A program made the position numbers and the translations under genes. From positions 694,186 through 732,210 of the forward strand of contig NW_008246083.1 of assembly GCF_000281045.1 (NCBI RefSeq): a stretch of DNA of 38,025 bases. Direction: 5' to 3'. Positions 22,631 to 33,202 of the stretch are shown here, piece by piece. The stretch comes from Saprolegnia diclina VS20. Lineage: Eukaryota. The notes beneath the pieces were generated by a model that saw only the letters and a program-made list of their open reading frames with translations, made no database searches and was not told where the DNA came from. The first letter of the stretch is position 1; the number at the start of each line of letters is the position of its first letter.

Positions 22631-22782
22631 GTACAGCAAAGCACAGCGTCGAGTTGGCAGTCCCGCCACTGCGACGACGTAGTTGGGACTGGTGATTGCA
22701 CTGTCGGACGAAAACCTCTGAAAACGCATACGCAGTAGCCACGACTTCGGACAAGATCGGATATCCAACGGCAACGTGAGCC

Positions 22783-24185
22783 ATGGAGGTCATACTGGAC
22801 AACCCGCTCCTCGTCGCCCGCCCCGCCGTACGTTGCCTCGACAGACTTGCTTGCGTCCCTCGCTCATGCATCTTGCGCTTGTAGAAGGCAGGCAATCGAG
22901 TCGCGTGGGCGCTCGTGGGTCTCGTGCTGCTGGCCAACTTGCTCTTCTCGGGTTTTATCTACGGCTGGTCGTCGCTGCTGCTCTTTCTCCTTGAAGAGCG
23001 TCAGTACAATGAACTCTGCGAGCCATCTGAGCGAACGTGTCCGGCCCAAGAGAACCGCTTGAACCTCATCTACGGCGTCGCCCAGTTCGTCGCGACCTTG
23101 AGCTCACTCCCGGTTGGCGTGATCCTCGATACCATTGGCGCACCGAGTATGACGGCCATCGGCGGTCTTTGCACGACACTGGGCTTCACACTACTCGCGG
23201 TCGCCGACTCGCGCGTGTTTGATGTGTTTGTACCAGCGTACACGCTCCTCGGTGTCGGCGGTATCGCGACACTGCTCACCTCATTTCGCGCAGGCTTTGT
23301 CCTCCTTCGGTGGCAGACGGCCATCTTGGCCGGCGTCAACTGCCTCTACGACGCCTCGGCGGTCATGCCATCGCTGCTCTTCCTCCTCCACGAGTCGTAC
23401 GGCTTCTCGCGCCGCACGCTCCTTCTCGGATGCGCCTGCCTCGCTGCGTCAACCTACGCGCTGCTGCTGGTGTTGTGGTCGCGCCACACGCGGAATCTCC
23501 GCGCCGACGCCTACGCAGCGGTGCCCAGCGACGCCGAGGCTGATGCACCGACGACGATATCTCTCGGCGCTCAAATCCGAACGTTTGAGTTTCGCTACCT
23601 CCTGCTCTTTGCTGGTGTCCATATCTTCCGCGCCGCCTTCTTCTTTGGCACCATTGACGAGACGCTGGCGGTACGATATGGCGCATCGTCCTTTGTAAGC
23701 TATGGATGCATATGTGTCCGTAGGTCTTTGGTGACGCCTCGTACGTGTACACCAAGGCGTTTGGCTGGATCCTTCCCGCGGGCTTTGTGTTTGTTCCGGT
23801 CATCAACGGCGTCGTCGAAGCGCGCGGCGTGGCGGCCTCCATGCACCTCACGACGGCCCTCGGTGTGCTCAGTAACGCGCTCGCGATGGTTCCTATCCTG
23901 GCGCTGCAGCCTGCCACGTTTGTGCTCTTTACGGGCTTCCGCGCGTTCCTCTACTCGAACGTGGCGACGTGCGCGGCCAGAACCTTTGGCGCCGCGCATC
24001 TCGGGACGCTCATGGGCGCCATCTACACGTGCAGCGCGCTCTTTGCATTTTTGGAGATTCCGGCGGCCGCCGTCGCGCTGGCGAGTGCGGCCGGTCGCAT
24101 TGGCATGTACAGCGCGTCGCTGGCGCTGGGTTTGCTCCTCGTGCCTGTGACGGAAGTGTACCGCAAGCGTCAGCTACGTGCTTGA
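22783..24185 (+). CDS. MFS transporter, SLC43/LAT3-like, copy 5; 3 exons
   Basis: ATG 22783 (MEVILDNPLLVARPA), introns 22828-22884 and 23671-23723. Motifs GFIYGWSS..L.EERQY.ELC...C.AQENRLNLIYGVA and FRAFLYS. Confidence 0.88.
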
Positions 24186-24472
24186 TCCACCGTCCCCTTG
24201 TCGCATGTAAAACCAAGGTTTCTCCGCGTAGTTTGGTTGAGTGATAGGTGAGTTGGTCTTCCCAGCACGGTAGATATGTACTAGAGGTAGGAGTATGCAT
24301 GCTCAGGTGGACGTGACGATTGGACAGTGTATAGTACCCTCCTCATTCCTGGCTCTGAGAGCTGCACGGAGTTTTTTGTAAAAGCGTCGTCAAATTAGGT
24401 AAAGGTTACGCTGTAAAATCTCCAATGCGGATGCAAGCGCAAGTCTGGCTTTCATTATTACAACGGATCCGG

Positions 24473-24706
24473 ATGGTAATGCCACGTACGACGGCGACGC
24501 AGAGCAGCCTAGCGTCGTATCCGCAGCCGACGCATTCCAGCTGCAGCTACGTTCGCCGGTGCCTCTTCGAAGGCTGCACACTCGACACGTGCGCGACCTT
24601 GTGCGCTCGCCACGCTGCCATCTCGGCCGAGTGCATCGTGCCAGGCTGCACCAAGTGGACGCACCGCAACGACCTTTGCCGCCGCCACCGCCAAACATAC
24701 ATGTAA
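24473..24706 (+). CDS. Small protein with two C-x4-C-x(8-9)-C-x2-H zinc-finger repeats (WRKY19-like repeat common in oomycetes)
   Basis: RRCLFEGCTLDTCATLCARH and ECIVPGCTKWTHRNDLCRRH in ORF 24425..24706. The start codon is uncertain (24425, 24473 or 24479). Confidence 0.6.
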   Translation: MVMPRTTATQSSLASYPQPTHSSCSYVRRCLFEGCTLDTCATLCARHAAISAECIVPGCTKWTHRNDLCRRHRQTYM

Positions 24707-24972
24707 TACCGCTGCAGACAATGTACATGTTGTCGCGACTAGAATGACTCACGAGACATAATCGAGGCTGTCGTACTGGTATGGGAATACCCTTATCGAT
24801 GGGCGCAACGAGCAGAACGCATATGCTGACAACGGACCTCTCACAGTCATTAGTGTGGTGCATGGTGAGAGAGCCTGGGTGTCGGAAACCCGAACCGAGC
24901 TTCGTTCGACCAAGAACATGGCGATCTTGGCGGTTGAAGCCGCGATCATCCGCATACGCGACATTATCCGGT

Positions 24973-24990
24973 TCCGGATACGTATCCGGA
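24973..24990. repeat. Perfect 18-bp palindrome TCCGGATACGTATCCGGA upstream of the HEAT gene
   Basis: Exactly self-complementary, about 20 nt before an INR-like TGCATTTCAGTTTC (25011-25024). Confidence 0.85.
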
Positions 24991-25045
24991 GACGCGTTTG
25001 GCGCGATCTTTGCATTTCAGTTTCGGCGGGGAGACGAGCAAGCGC

Positions 25046-28000
25046 ATGGAGGACCTCGTGACGTACGCCTGCAGCGGTCGGCTCCCGCTGCCTGGTGGCG
25101 CGCTCATGCGCCATGCTCGGTGGGAAGACGTCGGCGCCATGAACATGTCGCCGAGCAAGCTCAGCAAGCTCGGGCAGACGCTCGTGCGCCAGCTGCGCGC
25201 CGGGGACGACGACCTGACGGCGCTGCTTTGGGTCTGGACATGCACCCTCATCGCCAAGAGCTTCCTCTGCCCGACGAAGACCGAGTTTCATGCGTGGTAC
25301 GCGTCCGTCGTAGTCGCAGCGCCGACCTTGGACCTTCCGCCGACGCTCTGCGACCTCGTGGACACGACGACCCTCATGCGTGGCCTTTTTCTCGGAATTA
25401 CCAACGTCTGCCCCATGACGGCCAAGATGAAGCAGGCGTCTCGCGCGATATGCACCAAGTACGATGTGACGCTTGACGTCGTACTCGCCAACTGGGAGAA
25501 GCAAGCCGCAATCGACCGGAAGCTCGACGTGTGCATGCTTGTGCTCGACGATGCCTCGAGTCGAGCGCAGATCGATCTCTTCCTCAAGCTTCTGCGACGG
25601 TCGAGGGACGATGCCCAGTGGTCGCTGCTACTCTTGAAGCTTCTGGAGCCCCGACCGGCGTTCGCACTCGCTCTACTACCAGAGGTCGCGACCTTCTTGG
25701 ACACAGCCAAGCCGTCAAAAGCCACCCGAAAGCTCGTGCTGGACTGTATGGGAATCGTCGCAGCTTCGTACTTTCGTCACGAGCTCGTTTGCAAGGCGCT
25801 TGGCATGCTCCTTCGAGATCCAGACGCGACCTTGCGTCTCGCGGCGCTCAAGCTCACGGTGCAGCTCCGAAGCGCCCATCGTGAAGCCTTTGTCATCGAT
25901 CACGACTGCGATTTGCTGCAGGTGCTCGTCACAGCCATCGTCCACGACAGCGCGAAAAGCGTAGTCGTCGCTTCGGTGCACGCCCTTTCAACTCTTCTGC
26001 ACGAAGGACCAGCTTCCGAGGTCGTCGTTGATTTGCCTGCGTACGTCTGTGCACTACCTGTACAACGTCTAATGTTCGCATATAAAATAGGGAGCTTGCT
26101 GGCCATTTGATCTCAACGTTCATTTTGGTCAAGGCAGTGCCGACGGCCGAGGTGACGCACGAGCACGTCACTGCACTTTTGCACGCTTCGTCGCTTCCTA
26201 TCGACTTGAACACGTTCATGGCGGCGATGGCGGTGGCCGATGTCGATCAAAAGCGTCGGCTCGTCGACATCTATGCTCATCGTCACGGCTTGAGCTCTCT
26301 CGAGCCCGCCGCAATCGCGACGTACCTCGACACCATCGTGCACGAGATCGAGCCTTTCAGCTTGAATTTGGACAGTGCCGAGCAGGTTTCGGTGTTTTTG
26401 GGCCACGTGGCACCATCAACCGAAGGAGCGCAGCTATGGATCCAAGAGCTCTTGCGGCGATTCGAGGATGCGATCGATCAGTACAATGCACCGAGCTCGG
26501 TCGGCGTCATCGTTTTGGCGACGTCGTGGGTTCCGCACATGCATCGACGCGCCGTCGAGCAATGCAATGATGGCGCGCTGCAGGTATATCATGCTAGGAC
26601 GATACTTGGTTGATGTACTAGTATCCATCTATGTAGCTGCTGCACCAGCTTTTTGGCAGCGAGCGGCCTCGCACGCCGCACGAAGAATACGCGGCCGCTC
26701 ATGCATTGCAGTTTCTGCTCTCTGCTCGTTGCAAAAGAGACACGTGGTCGTCGGCGCTTGAGGATTTGCTCGCCAACTTGCTTTTTTGCGGGCCCTGCCA
26801 GCGGTGCGTACATGTATACTAGTATGTTTTTTCCATGAACTACTAAGAAAAGAGCGTAGGTCCTTGATTCGACTCTGGTATTTGCAACCCCAAGCTCAGG
26901 AGCGTGTGTACTATGTCGTTGCCCATGCCCAAGTACTTTGGCCGTGCTCGACCAAATCCATCCTTACTGTGTCCGGATAGGATCTGGCCTTTGATGGCCA
27001 TGACTTGACACGCGTTCAGAGCTTTGTGCGTCTTCTGGGCGTCGTGGCAACCGAGAACGCGCAATTCATTGTTCGGGAGTGCCCGACACTCATGGAAGCA
27101 AGTCCGAGCAGCGAGCCCGACGAGGAGCACTACATGGATGAGTACGAGCTCGAGATGGACCAGAAGCGCGCCATTCAAACTGTTCGCATATGCATCATGA
27201 ACAATAGCATCGCTCACGTTGCCAAACTTCGTAGGAGAGAGAAAAGACGCTCAACGAAGGTCTACTTGCGGCCTTCTTGCCGCTACTGGAAGTACTACTT
27301 GTTCCTGCTGGTATGCACCAACGGATGCAAGGACGAGTAATGGTTTTTTCTAGCTGGCGCAACGTTCTTGCCGCCACAAGCACTGGTTCTCTGCGCACTT
27401 GCGTCGCTTGGCGATTTTATGCGTATCCCATCTCTGGCCTTGGGTTCGATTCTCACAAATTCTGTCTGTGTTAGGAGTGTCGCGCGTGATGGCTCAGAGT
27501 TCGCTACATAGCGTATAGCGTGGATGTTTATGGTTGCTAAGAAGAGTACAACCCTTGGCTCGTAAAGCTCATCAGCGACTCGTCCAAGCCCGAGCCGCTT
27601 CGATCTGCGTGTTTGGGTGCGCCCTTGGACTATTATATGTGTCATCTTCTCATGCTCAAACAGACATTTGGGCCAGTATCCAGCCGACTTTGCATCCCTC
27701 GCAAGTCAAGTCAGACGGCATCGACGCGCTCTATTGTCAGCTCGAGCAACTTGATGGCATGGCCCCAAAACTGCTCAAGGTCATGTGTCGGCTCGTTCTC
27801 AATGGGCAGCTGCGCAGCGACAAGCTGCGCTCCTTGTCCTTTGCGTTTGTTGCTGGCGATGACGCGATGGAAGCGACGGCGACGGCCTTTTTCCGGTCCT
27901 TCTTCCGCTCCAAAGGCAAGGAAACGTGCCAGCGCATTTACGGTACTGTATTTTCCACACCAAAGTGCACTTGATGGACGCAACGACCGGACAGATGTCT

Positions 28001-28592
28001 TCTTTGCACTGGACAACGTCACTGCGCGTCTGGCGATCATTCGAAAGCTACTGTCGATCGCGACGTCCATCAATGCTCCGGTACGATCTACAGTGACTTA
28101 CTGCGTCATGCGTGTGGACGTAGCTTGATGGGTTGCATCTTTTGCTCATCAAAGAGTGCGAAGAGCAAGTGCGCCTCGAGAGCGCATCGGAGCTCCTCTC
28201 GCTCCTGGCACCCACGGTACCCGCGGCATCGCCCTTCTCGGTGCTACTTGCCTCTAGATGCTGGGCACCACCAAGCTTCTCGATACCCTGGAGCGGTATT
28301 ATTGCTTCTATTGAACAACATCTATAGCGAGTACTGTAGCGTCCTTCTCCTCCAGCCGACACGCGCCGCGCAGCTACGCTTCCACACGTACCTCGACGCC
28401 AGCGCGGCCTTGGTCGCCCGAGGTCCTCGTCACTACGTCTCCTGCATCTCATGCGCCTATCTTAGACCCCTCGTTGCGCGCCAAGGTCAAGCGCGGTCTC
28501 GGTCTCCTCTCGGATCCGATTGGCGCCAAATCCATTGCGGCGCCACCACACCTCGAGGCGCTCATTTCCCAGGCGTGGTCGTGAGCGGCTGA
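25046..28592 (+). CDS. Large multi-exon ARM/HEAT-repeat protein, possibly a divergent condensin HAWK (Cnd1/CAP-D-like); 3' exon structure and end uncertain
   Basis: Successive + strand ORFs joined by GT-AG introns (e.g. 26041-26090, 26584-26635). HEAT-like LLRDPDATLRLAALKL and IVHDSAKSVVVASVHAL. Segment LLKVMCRLVLNGQLR...AGDDAMEATATAFFRSF recalls the Cnd1 domain. Confidence 0.55.
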
Positions 28593-28762
28593 AATACAGC
28601 CAATCATCGCACGTTCTGCGGTTCACCCGCCAAAACGAGATTAAATTCTCGTTTAAACGTCGGCATACATTTCTCAAGGTAATTAAATACCGCGGTGGCG
28701 AAAAGCCCGTTGCGGCCTGTCGATCCCGGCAAGATACTCGCCACACTTGGTTTTGCATTGCG

Positions 28763-29032
28763 ATGCTCTCGATGGCCCCAGCGTCGCCCGTCTCGGTCGC
28801 GGCGCCCGCGCTCCGCGGCGCCCACGCGGCCATGCTCTCGGACCTCATGGGCACGCCCCGCAGCGGCCTACCCCACCGCCTCATCGCGCGCTCCGGCCGG
28901 CCGCTCGACGTGCTACCGTTCCTCGACGCCATCTTGGCCGACGACGATATGGCCGCGTCCATGGCCAACCACCGCGCCCGCTTCGCCTGTCTCCTCGCAG
29001 CCGGCGGATCGCCAGCGCCAGGAACCATGTGA
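28763..29032 (+). CDS. Small hypothetical protein (89 aa)
   Basis: Very GC3-rich ORF, preceded by a CCAAT and an INR-like CACACTTGGTTTTGC and followed by an AT-rich 3' tract. Confidence 0.55.
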   Translation: MLSMAPASPVSVAAPALRGAHAAMLSDLMGTPRSGLPHRLIARSGRPLDVLPFLDAILADDDMAASMANHRARFACLLAAGGSPAPGTM

Positions 29033-29150
29033 CCAGCGCGCTTGCTATTTTATTGTACGACCTGGTACATATTTATCCGCCTCGACCGTCGTCTCCTAAC
29101 ATTAATGTCCATTGGTGTGTGTGACCGTGTGCGGGGGATCGGCGCAGCGC

Positions 29151-30027
29151 ATGACGTGGCAGCCCGTCAAGCTCGTTCAACGACGGCCCAGGAACGGATC
29201 AGAAGCGCACGGCGTCCACGCCCACTTCAAGCAACACCATACGACCAAGGTGAGCACAGAAGGCGCGACCCGGTGCAGCGGCCAGTAGTTGGGCAGAGCA
29301 AAGACGAGGGGTCCTGAAGGTGCGTGGCTGGCTCGACAAAAGCCAACAGCAACCAACAGCGTCGCATGTTGCTGCAAGTCTTCAACTCATCCTTCGGGCT
29401 GCGCGATATCGACAGTGTTCTCCCTCGCACGTGTGGCTTGCTGTGAAACAGCTCTTTCGAGCTCCATGCATGCTGTGCTGCAGTTACTGCTGTGGAGCGG
29501 TGAAACCGCTGCCTTGCAACCTTGCTATCTTGCTGTTGGTACCAATTGGCTATTCCTTCGACGATCGAAGCTCGCAATAGCTTCTTGGACCCCACCGAAC
29601 GTCATTTGTCGATGCTTTTGTCGTAGACAAGTAGACGCCTTCTTGCACTTCAAACTGCACTTCAAGACGACACAAGCCACTTGGGAGCATCCGCATGCAG
29701 CAGCATTGGAATTCGCTTCTTCAGTACTCGACTGGCTCTCCTCTCAAAAATAAAGGCGCGGTTGCGTACTGCGATCGCCAGGATGTCGATAGCTTTCAAC
29801 ACCCTCCAGGTAGATTACTTCGGCACATCGTATCTTTTGTTGCTACGCGTGTCCTTTGGCTGCGGCTTTTTCAAGGCGCTGGATTCTTGGATGGGCCGAG
29901 GTGTACTCGATTAGGCCAATTGATTGCTCTTCTAGATTTGGCTGCGTGCGTTTTCCGGAGGACTCAGAAATACAGAACGAGACGAAAATTCGAAGCCTCG
30001 CTGGCAATGTCGCCGCGCCCGTCATAA
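29151..30027 (+). CDS. Putative multi-exon hypothetical protein (boundaries uncertain)
   Basis: ATG 29151 and several plausible ~40-55 nt GT-AG introns (e.g. 29250-29288) that link short open frames. No recognisable domain. Confidence 0.3.
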
Positions 30028-30054
30028 ATTGATCCACCACCTCGGACTACTGCC

Positions 30055-30485
30055 ATGGACTTTGTCGCGCACCCTGCCCCCATGCGCCCCGCCACAAGGT
30101 ACAGTCGCGAGCACCTCGTCGCGTGTCGGAAGCTAACGCGGTTCTCACTAGGCGAGCACTATGCTCGGTGACGGCGACGACACCGGTCACCGACACGGAA
30201 GGCGGCGACTCGCCATTCGTGTCGATTGATGCACCGTCGCTCAAGACGTTCGCCGCTAAGCGCGCGCTGGACGTGGCCTCGTTCGGCTACAATACGCCCG
30301 CGTCGCACTCGATGGGCTGCCACCCACCGCGCCAAGGCGCCCAGAAGCGGCCACGTCCGCTGCGCACTGCCAAGCCGCTCGTGTGGTCCGAAGAGGACGA
30401 TGACAACGAGCCGTCCCGAGAATGCATCCGCGCTGCACTTACGCACCATCGCCGTGCGTACGTGGCAGCCTACGGGTGCGAGTAG
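30055..30485 (+). CDS. Small two-exon hypothetical protein (~125 aa)
   Basis: ATG 30055. Intron 30099-30151 (GTACAG...GCTAAC branch point...CTAG) splices in frame into ORF 30123..30485. Confidence 0.6.
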
Positions 30486-31466
30486 TTGACGCACGCTTTT
30501 GTACAGATAGCTATTTATTCCGTGTCCATACTGTTTAACCTTGCGCTGCCTTGGGCTCTTGCTTCCGTCGTCCCAATGGCGATGCATGGCTTCCCGGCTT
30601 GCGGTTGAGGAGAGAGAGTGAAGGGGCAGCCTCACGAGGCGTAGTAGCCACGTAGACGGTGATCCTCCAATGGCTAATGGTAGCCATTCAAGGGGCACCG
30701 TCTTGGTGATTGTATGGAGGCCACAGGGACAGCTCTGCTGCAAGTCAATAGGCGCGGAAGATCGCTGCGGATTCCACCTTCGTTGACAACCTCTTAGATT
30801 CGATATAGCATCGAATCTTGAAAGGCAAATGGACCAATCAGCGGTCGCGCTTGCGCTGGTAATACCCAATCATCACAGGGTGACGACGCTTCCATATTTT
30901 CGCCCATCAACGCATTGAAGTTGAGGATTGCTCTTCTTTCCCTCGCGCTCCCAAGAGTACAAACGAAGGCTCTTGATAGCTGTAGCGCGCAACGCCGACG
31001 CAGAGAACGACTCGTCCTTGGCTCGAGGCTCCCTGCTCGACAGGATATTCATCGAGTGCTATCTCATCAACTCTCATCCGAGCTTTAAATGCTGAACGAA
31101 CTCGTTTCCATCAGCTCAAGTTGCATGATGTATCCTTGGCTAATGACGTAGCTGCAAGTGATAGCAGGCGCTAAGAGCCTTCAATGACATCGACAGCAAC
31201 AGAGAGGACCTTTGGCGACACCACCATGCTCGAAGACACATCGATGGCCCACAAAGTTGTGAAAGCTACTATTTACTCCCGACAAGCATCGGCCCTTGCT
31301 TGTGCAAGGGTCGCGGACTTGGACACTGGTACATAAATGACATACAAGTACCGGTGCGTAGGACGTCAACCGCATCAACGAACACGGCCTTGCTTGTATT
31401 TCGTCTATGTCTAGCTGCGGAGGCGGCAGCGAAGGTGATCAAAATATACTTAATTCGGGCATACAC

Positions 31467-31769
31467 TTATTCTTCGTCGGCGGCGGCATCCTCCATGTCG
31501 TTCTGTTCCTGGGCGAGCTTGTCAATGTCCTCCTGCGTGATGAGGCCGCTCTTGAGCAGCTGCTCCTGCTCGTACTTGGCGTTCTTCTGGGCGCGCTTGG
31601 TGTCGCGGCGCACCTTCTTCTTGCTCGCGGCCGGGCGGCCGACCGTCTTCTTGCTGCCGTGCTGCGTGACAAAGACCTTCTTCTGGTTCTTCGCCTCCAT
31701 GCGCTTCTTCTTGTGGAGCTTCACCTTCTTGAAGTTGTTCTTCTGCACGGAAGCGTCATGCTTGGTCAT
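31467..31769 (-). CDS. Small Lys-rich protein with an acidic tail (100 aa), probably nuclear/nucleolar
   Basis: Strong codon bias (AAG-rich), several NLS-like basic clusters and a C-terminal EDAAADEE. Family not recognised. Confidence 0.75.
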   Translation of the reverse strand: MTKHDASVQKNNFKKVKLHKKKRMEAKNQKKVFVTQHGSKKTVGRPAASKKKVRRDTKRAQKNAKYEQEQLLKSGLITQEDIDKLAQEQNDMEDAAADEE

Positions 31770-32136
31770 CTTGGCGCGGGCGTCTTTTCTAAACTGCCAA
31801 CGATTATCCGTTCGACCAGCGGAGCCCGAACCAATGAAACTCCGTCGCCGCCCACTCAGTTTTCCTACCCGACACTATTTTTAGCCGACGTGTCGGCAAT
31901 AAAATCCATATGACGGAACCGGTGTTGACGTGGCATCTGCCACGAGACAGCGCCCACGCCTGGGCCCGCGTCGGCGCAACGTCGCTTGGCCCATGCACCT
32001 CGCTTGTCGACGCATGCTTCCGCTGCTGCTTCGCTATTGCAGTTTCGTTGCCTTTGTTAGCGATGGCGTCTAGTGGTCGGCGGCCGCAGGTCCCTTGGCT
32101 CTTATTTTCGGCACTGCCACCATTGCAATTTGCAGG

Positions 32137-33027
32137 ATGCAGCAAGCGGTCCGGAAGGTGCAGGCGGCCAACCTTCTCGTGTTCGCGCCGCATTGGGGCA
32201 GCGCGCACTTGGCGCGCGACGTCTTCCTCCAGAAGGCTCTGGATGCTGGCTTTGATGGCGTCGAGATGTCGCTACCACTCGACGTCGCCGAGCGCACCAA
32301 GTGGACGGACGCCATTCGCGCGTCGGGCCTGCACCTCATTGCGCAGCAGTGGGAGACGGTCCTGCACAGCGACTTTGCTGAGCACAAGCGCGCGCTCGCC
32401 ACGTACCTCGAGAACGCGGTCGCTGCGCGCCCGCGCCTTGTCAACACGCACACGGGCAAGGACTGGTACTCGTTTGCGCAGAACGCCGAGCTGCTCTCAC
32501 TGGCCGACGAGGTGAGCCACCGCAGTGGCGTGCCCATTGTGCACGAGATCCACCGCAGCCGCTTCAGCGGCCACCCGACGCTTTTGCTGCCGTATTTGGA
32601 CGCACGCCCCGACCTGCGCCTCAACGCCGACCTCTCGCACTGGTGCGTCGGCTGCGAGTCGCTCCTCGAGGACCAGACGCACGTACTGCAGCGCGTGTTC
32701 CCGTTCGTGCAGCACATCCACGCGCGCGTCGGCCACAGCCAAGGGCCGCAGGTCAACGACTTTCGCGCGCCCGAGCACAAGGACGCCCTCGACGCGCACG
32801 TCGGTTGGTGGGACGCGATTCTGGCGGCGCAGCAGGCGCGCGGCGAGACGGTGCATACGATCACGCCCGAGTTTGGTCCGACGCCGTACACGCAGACGCT
32901 GCCGTACACGAACGCCGCCGTCTCGGACGCCTGGGAGCTCAACGTGGCCATGCTCCACTTCCTCCGCGACCGCTACACGTACCTCCATATACGGCATGTA
33001 CAGACGAAGCGAAATACGCCCTGTTGA
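32137..33027 (+). CDS. Sugar-phosphate isomerase/epimerase-like protein (xylose isomerase-like / AP-endonuclease-2 TIM barrel)
   Basis: AGFDGVEM, HEIHRSR, ADLSHW, HIHARVG and TPEFGP metal-ligand motifs. INR-like CCATTGCAATTTGC before ATG 32137. A possible 3' intron (32979-33033) would extend the CDS to 33094. Confidence 0.82.
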   Translation: MQQAVRKVQAANLLVFAPHWGSAHLARDVFLQKALDAGFDGVEMSLPLDVAERTKWTDAIRASGLHLIAQQWETVLHSDFAEHKRALATYLENAVAARPRLVNTHTGKDWYSFAQNAELLSLADEVSHRSGVPIVHEIHRSRFSGHPTLLLPYLDARPDLRLNADLSHWCVGCESLLEDQTHVLQRVFPFVQHIHARVGHSQGPQVNDFRAPEHKDALDAHVGWWDAILAAQQARGETVHTITPEFGPTPYTQTLPYTNAAVSDAWELNVAMLHFLRDRYTYLHIRHVQTKRNTPC

Positions 33028-33202
33028 TCCTAGTGTGAGTGTGTTCTCTGCCGGCACCTCGAGCATGGTCGTCGCGCAGACGCCAGAAGGCTAGGTTGAG
33101 GATCATGGCATGCTAACGAGGCGAACGCGACGATGCGAATGGTCAACGCACAAGTCATTGGTGTGGCGCAGACCACCGCGTCTTCTTGTGTGTCTATCAT
33201 CT

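Noticed and set aside
31876..31905. Imperfect palindrome around GCCGAC-GT-GTCGGC in the divergent promoter
   Set aside because: The 6-bp core arms are expected by chance in GC-rich DNA.
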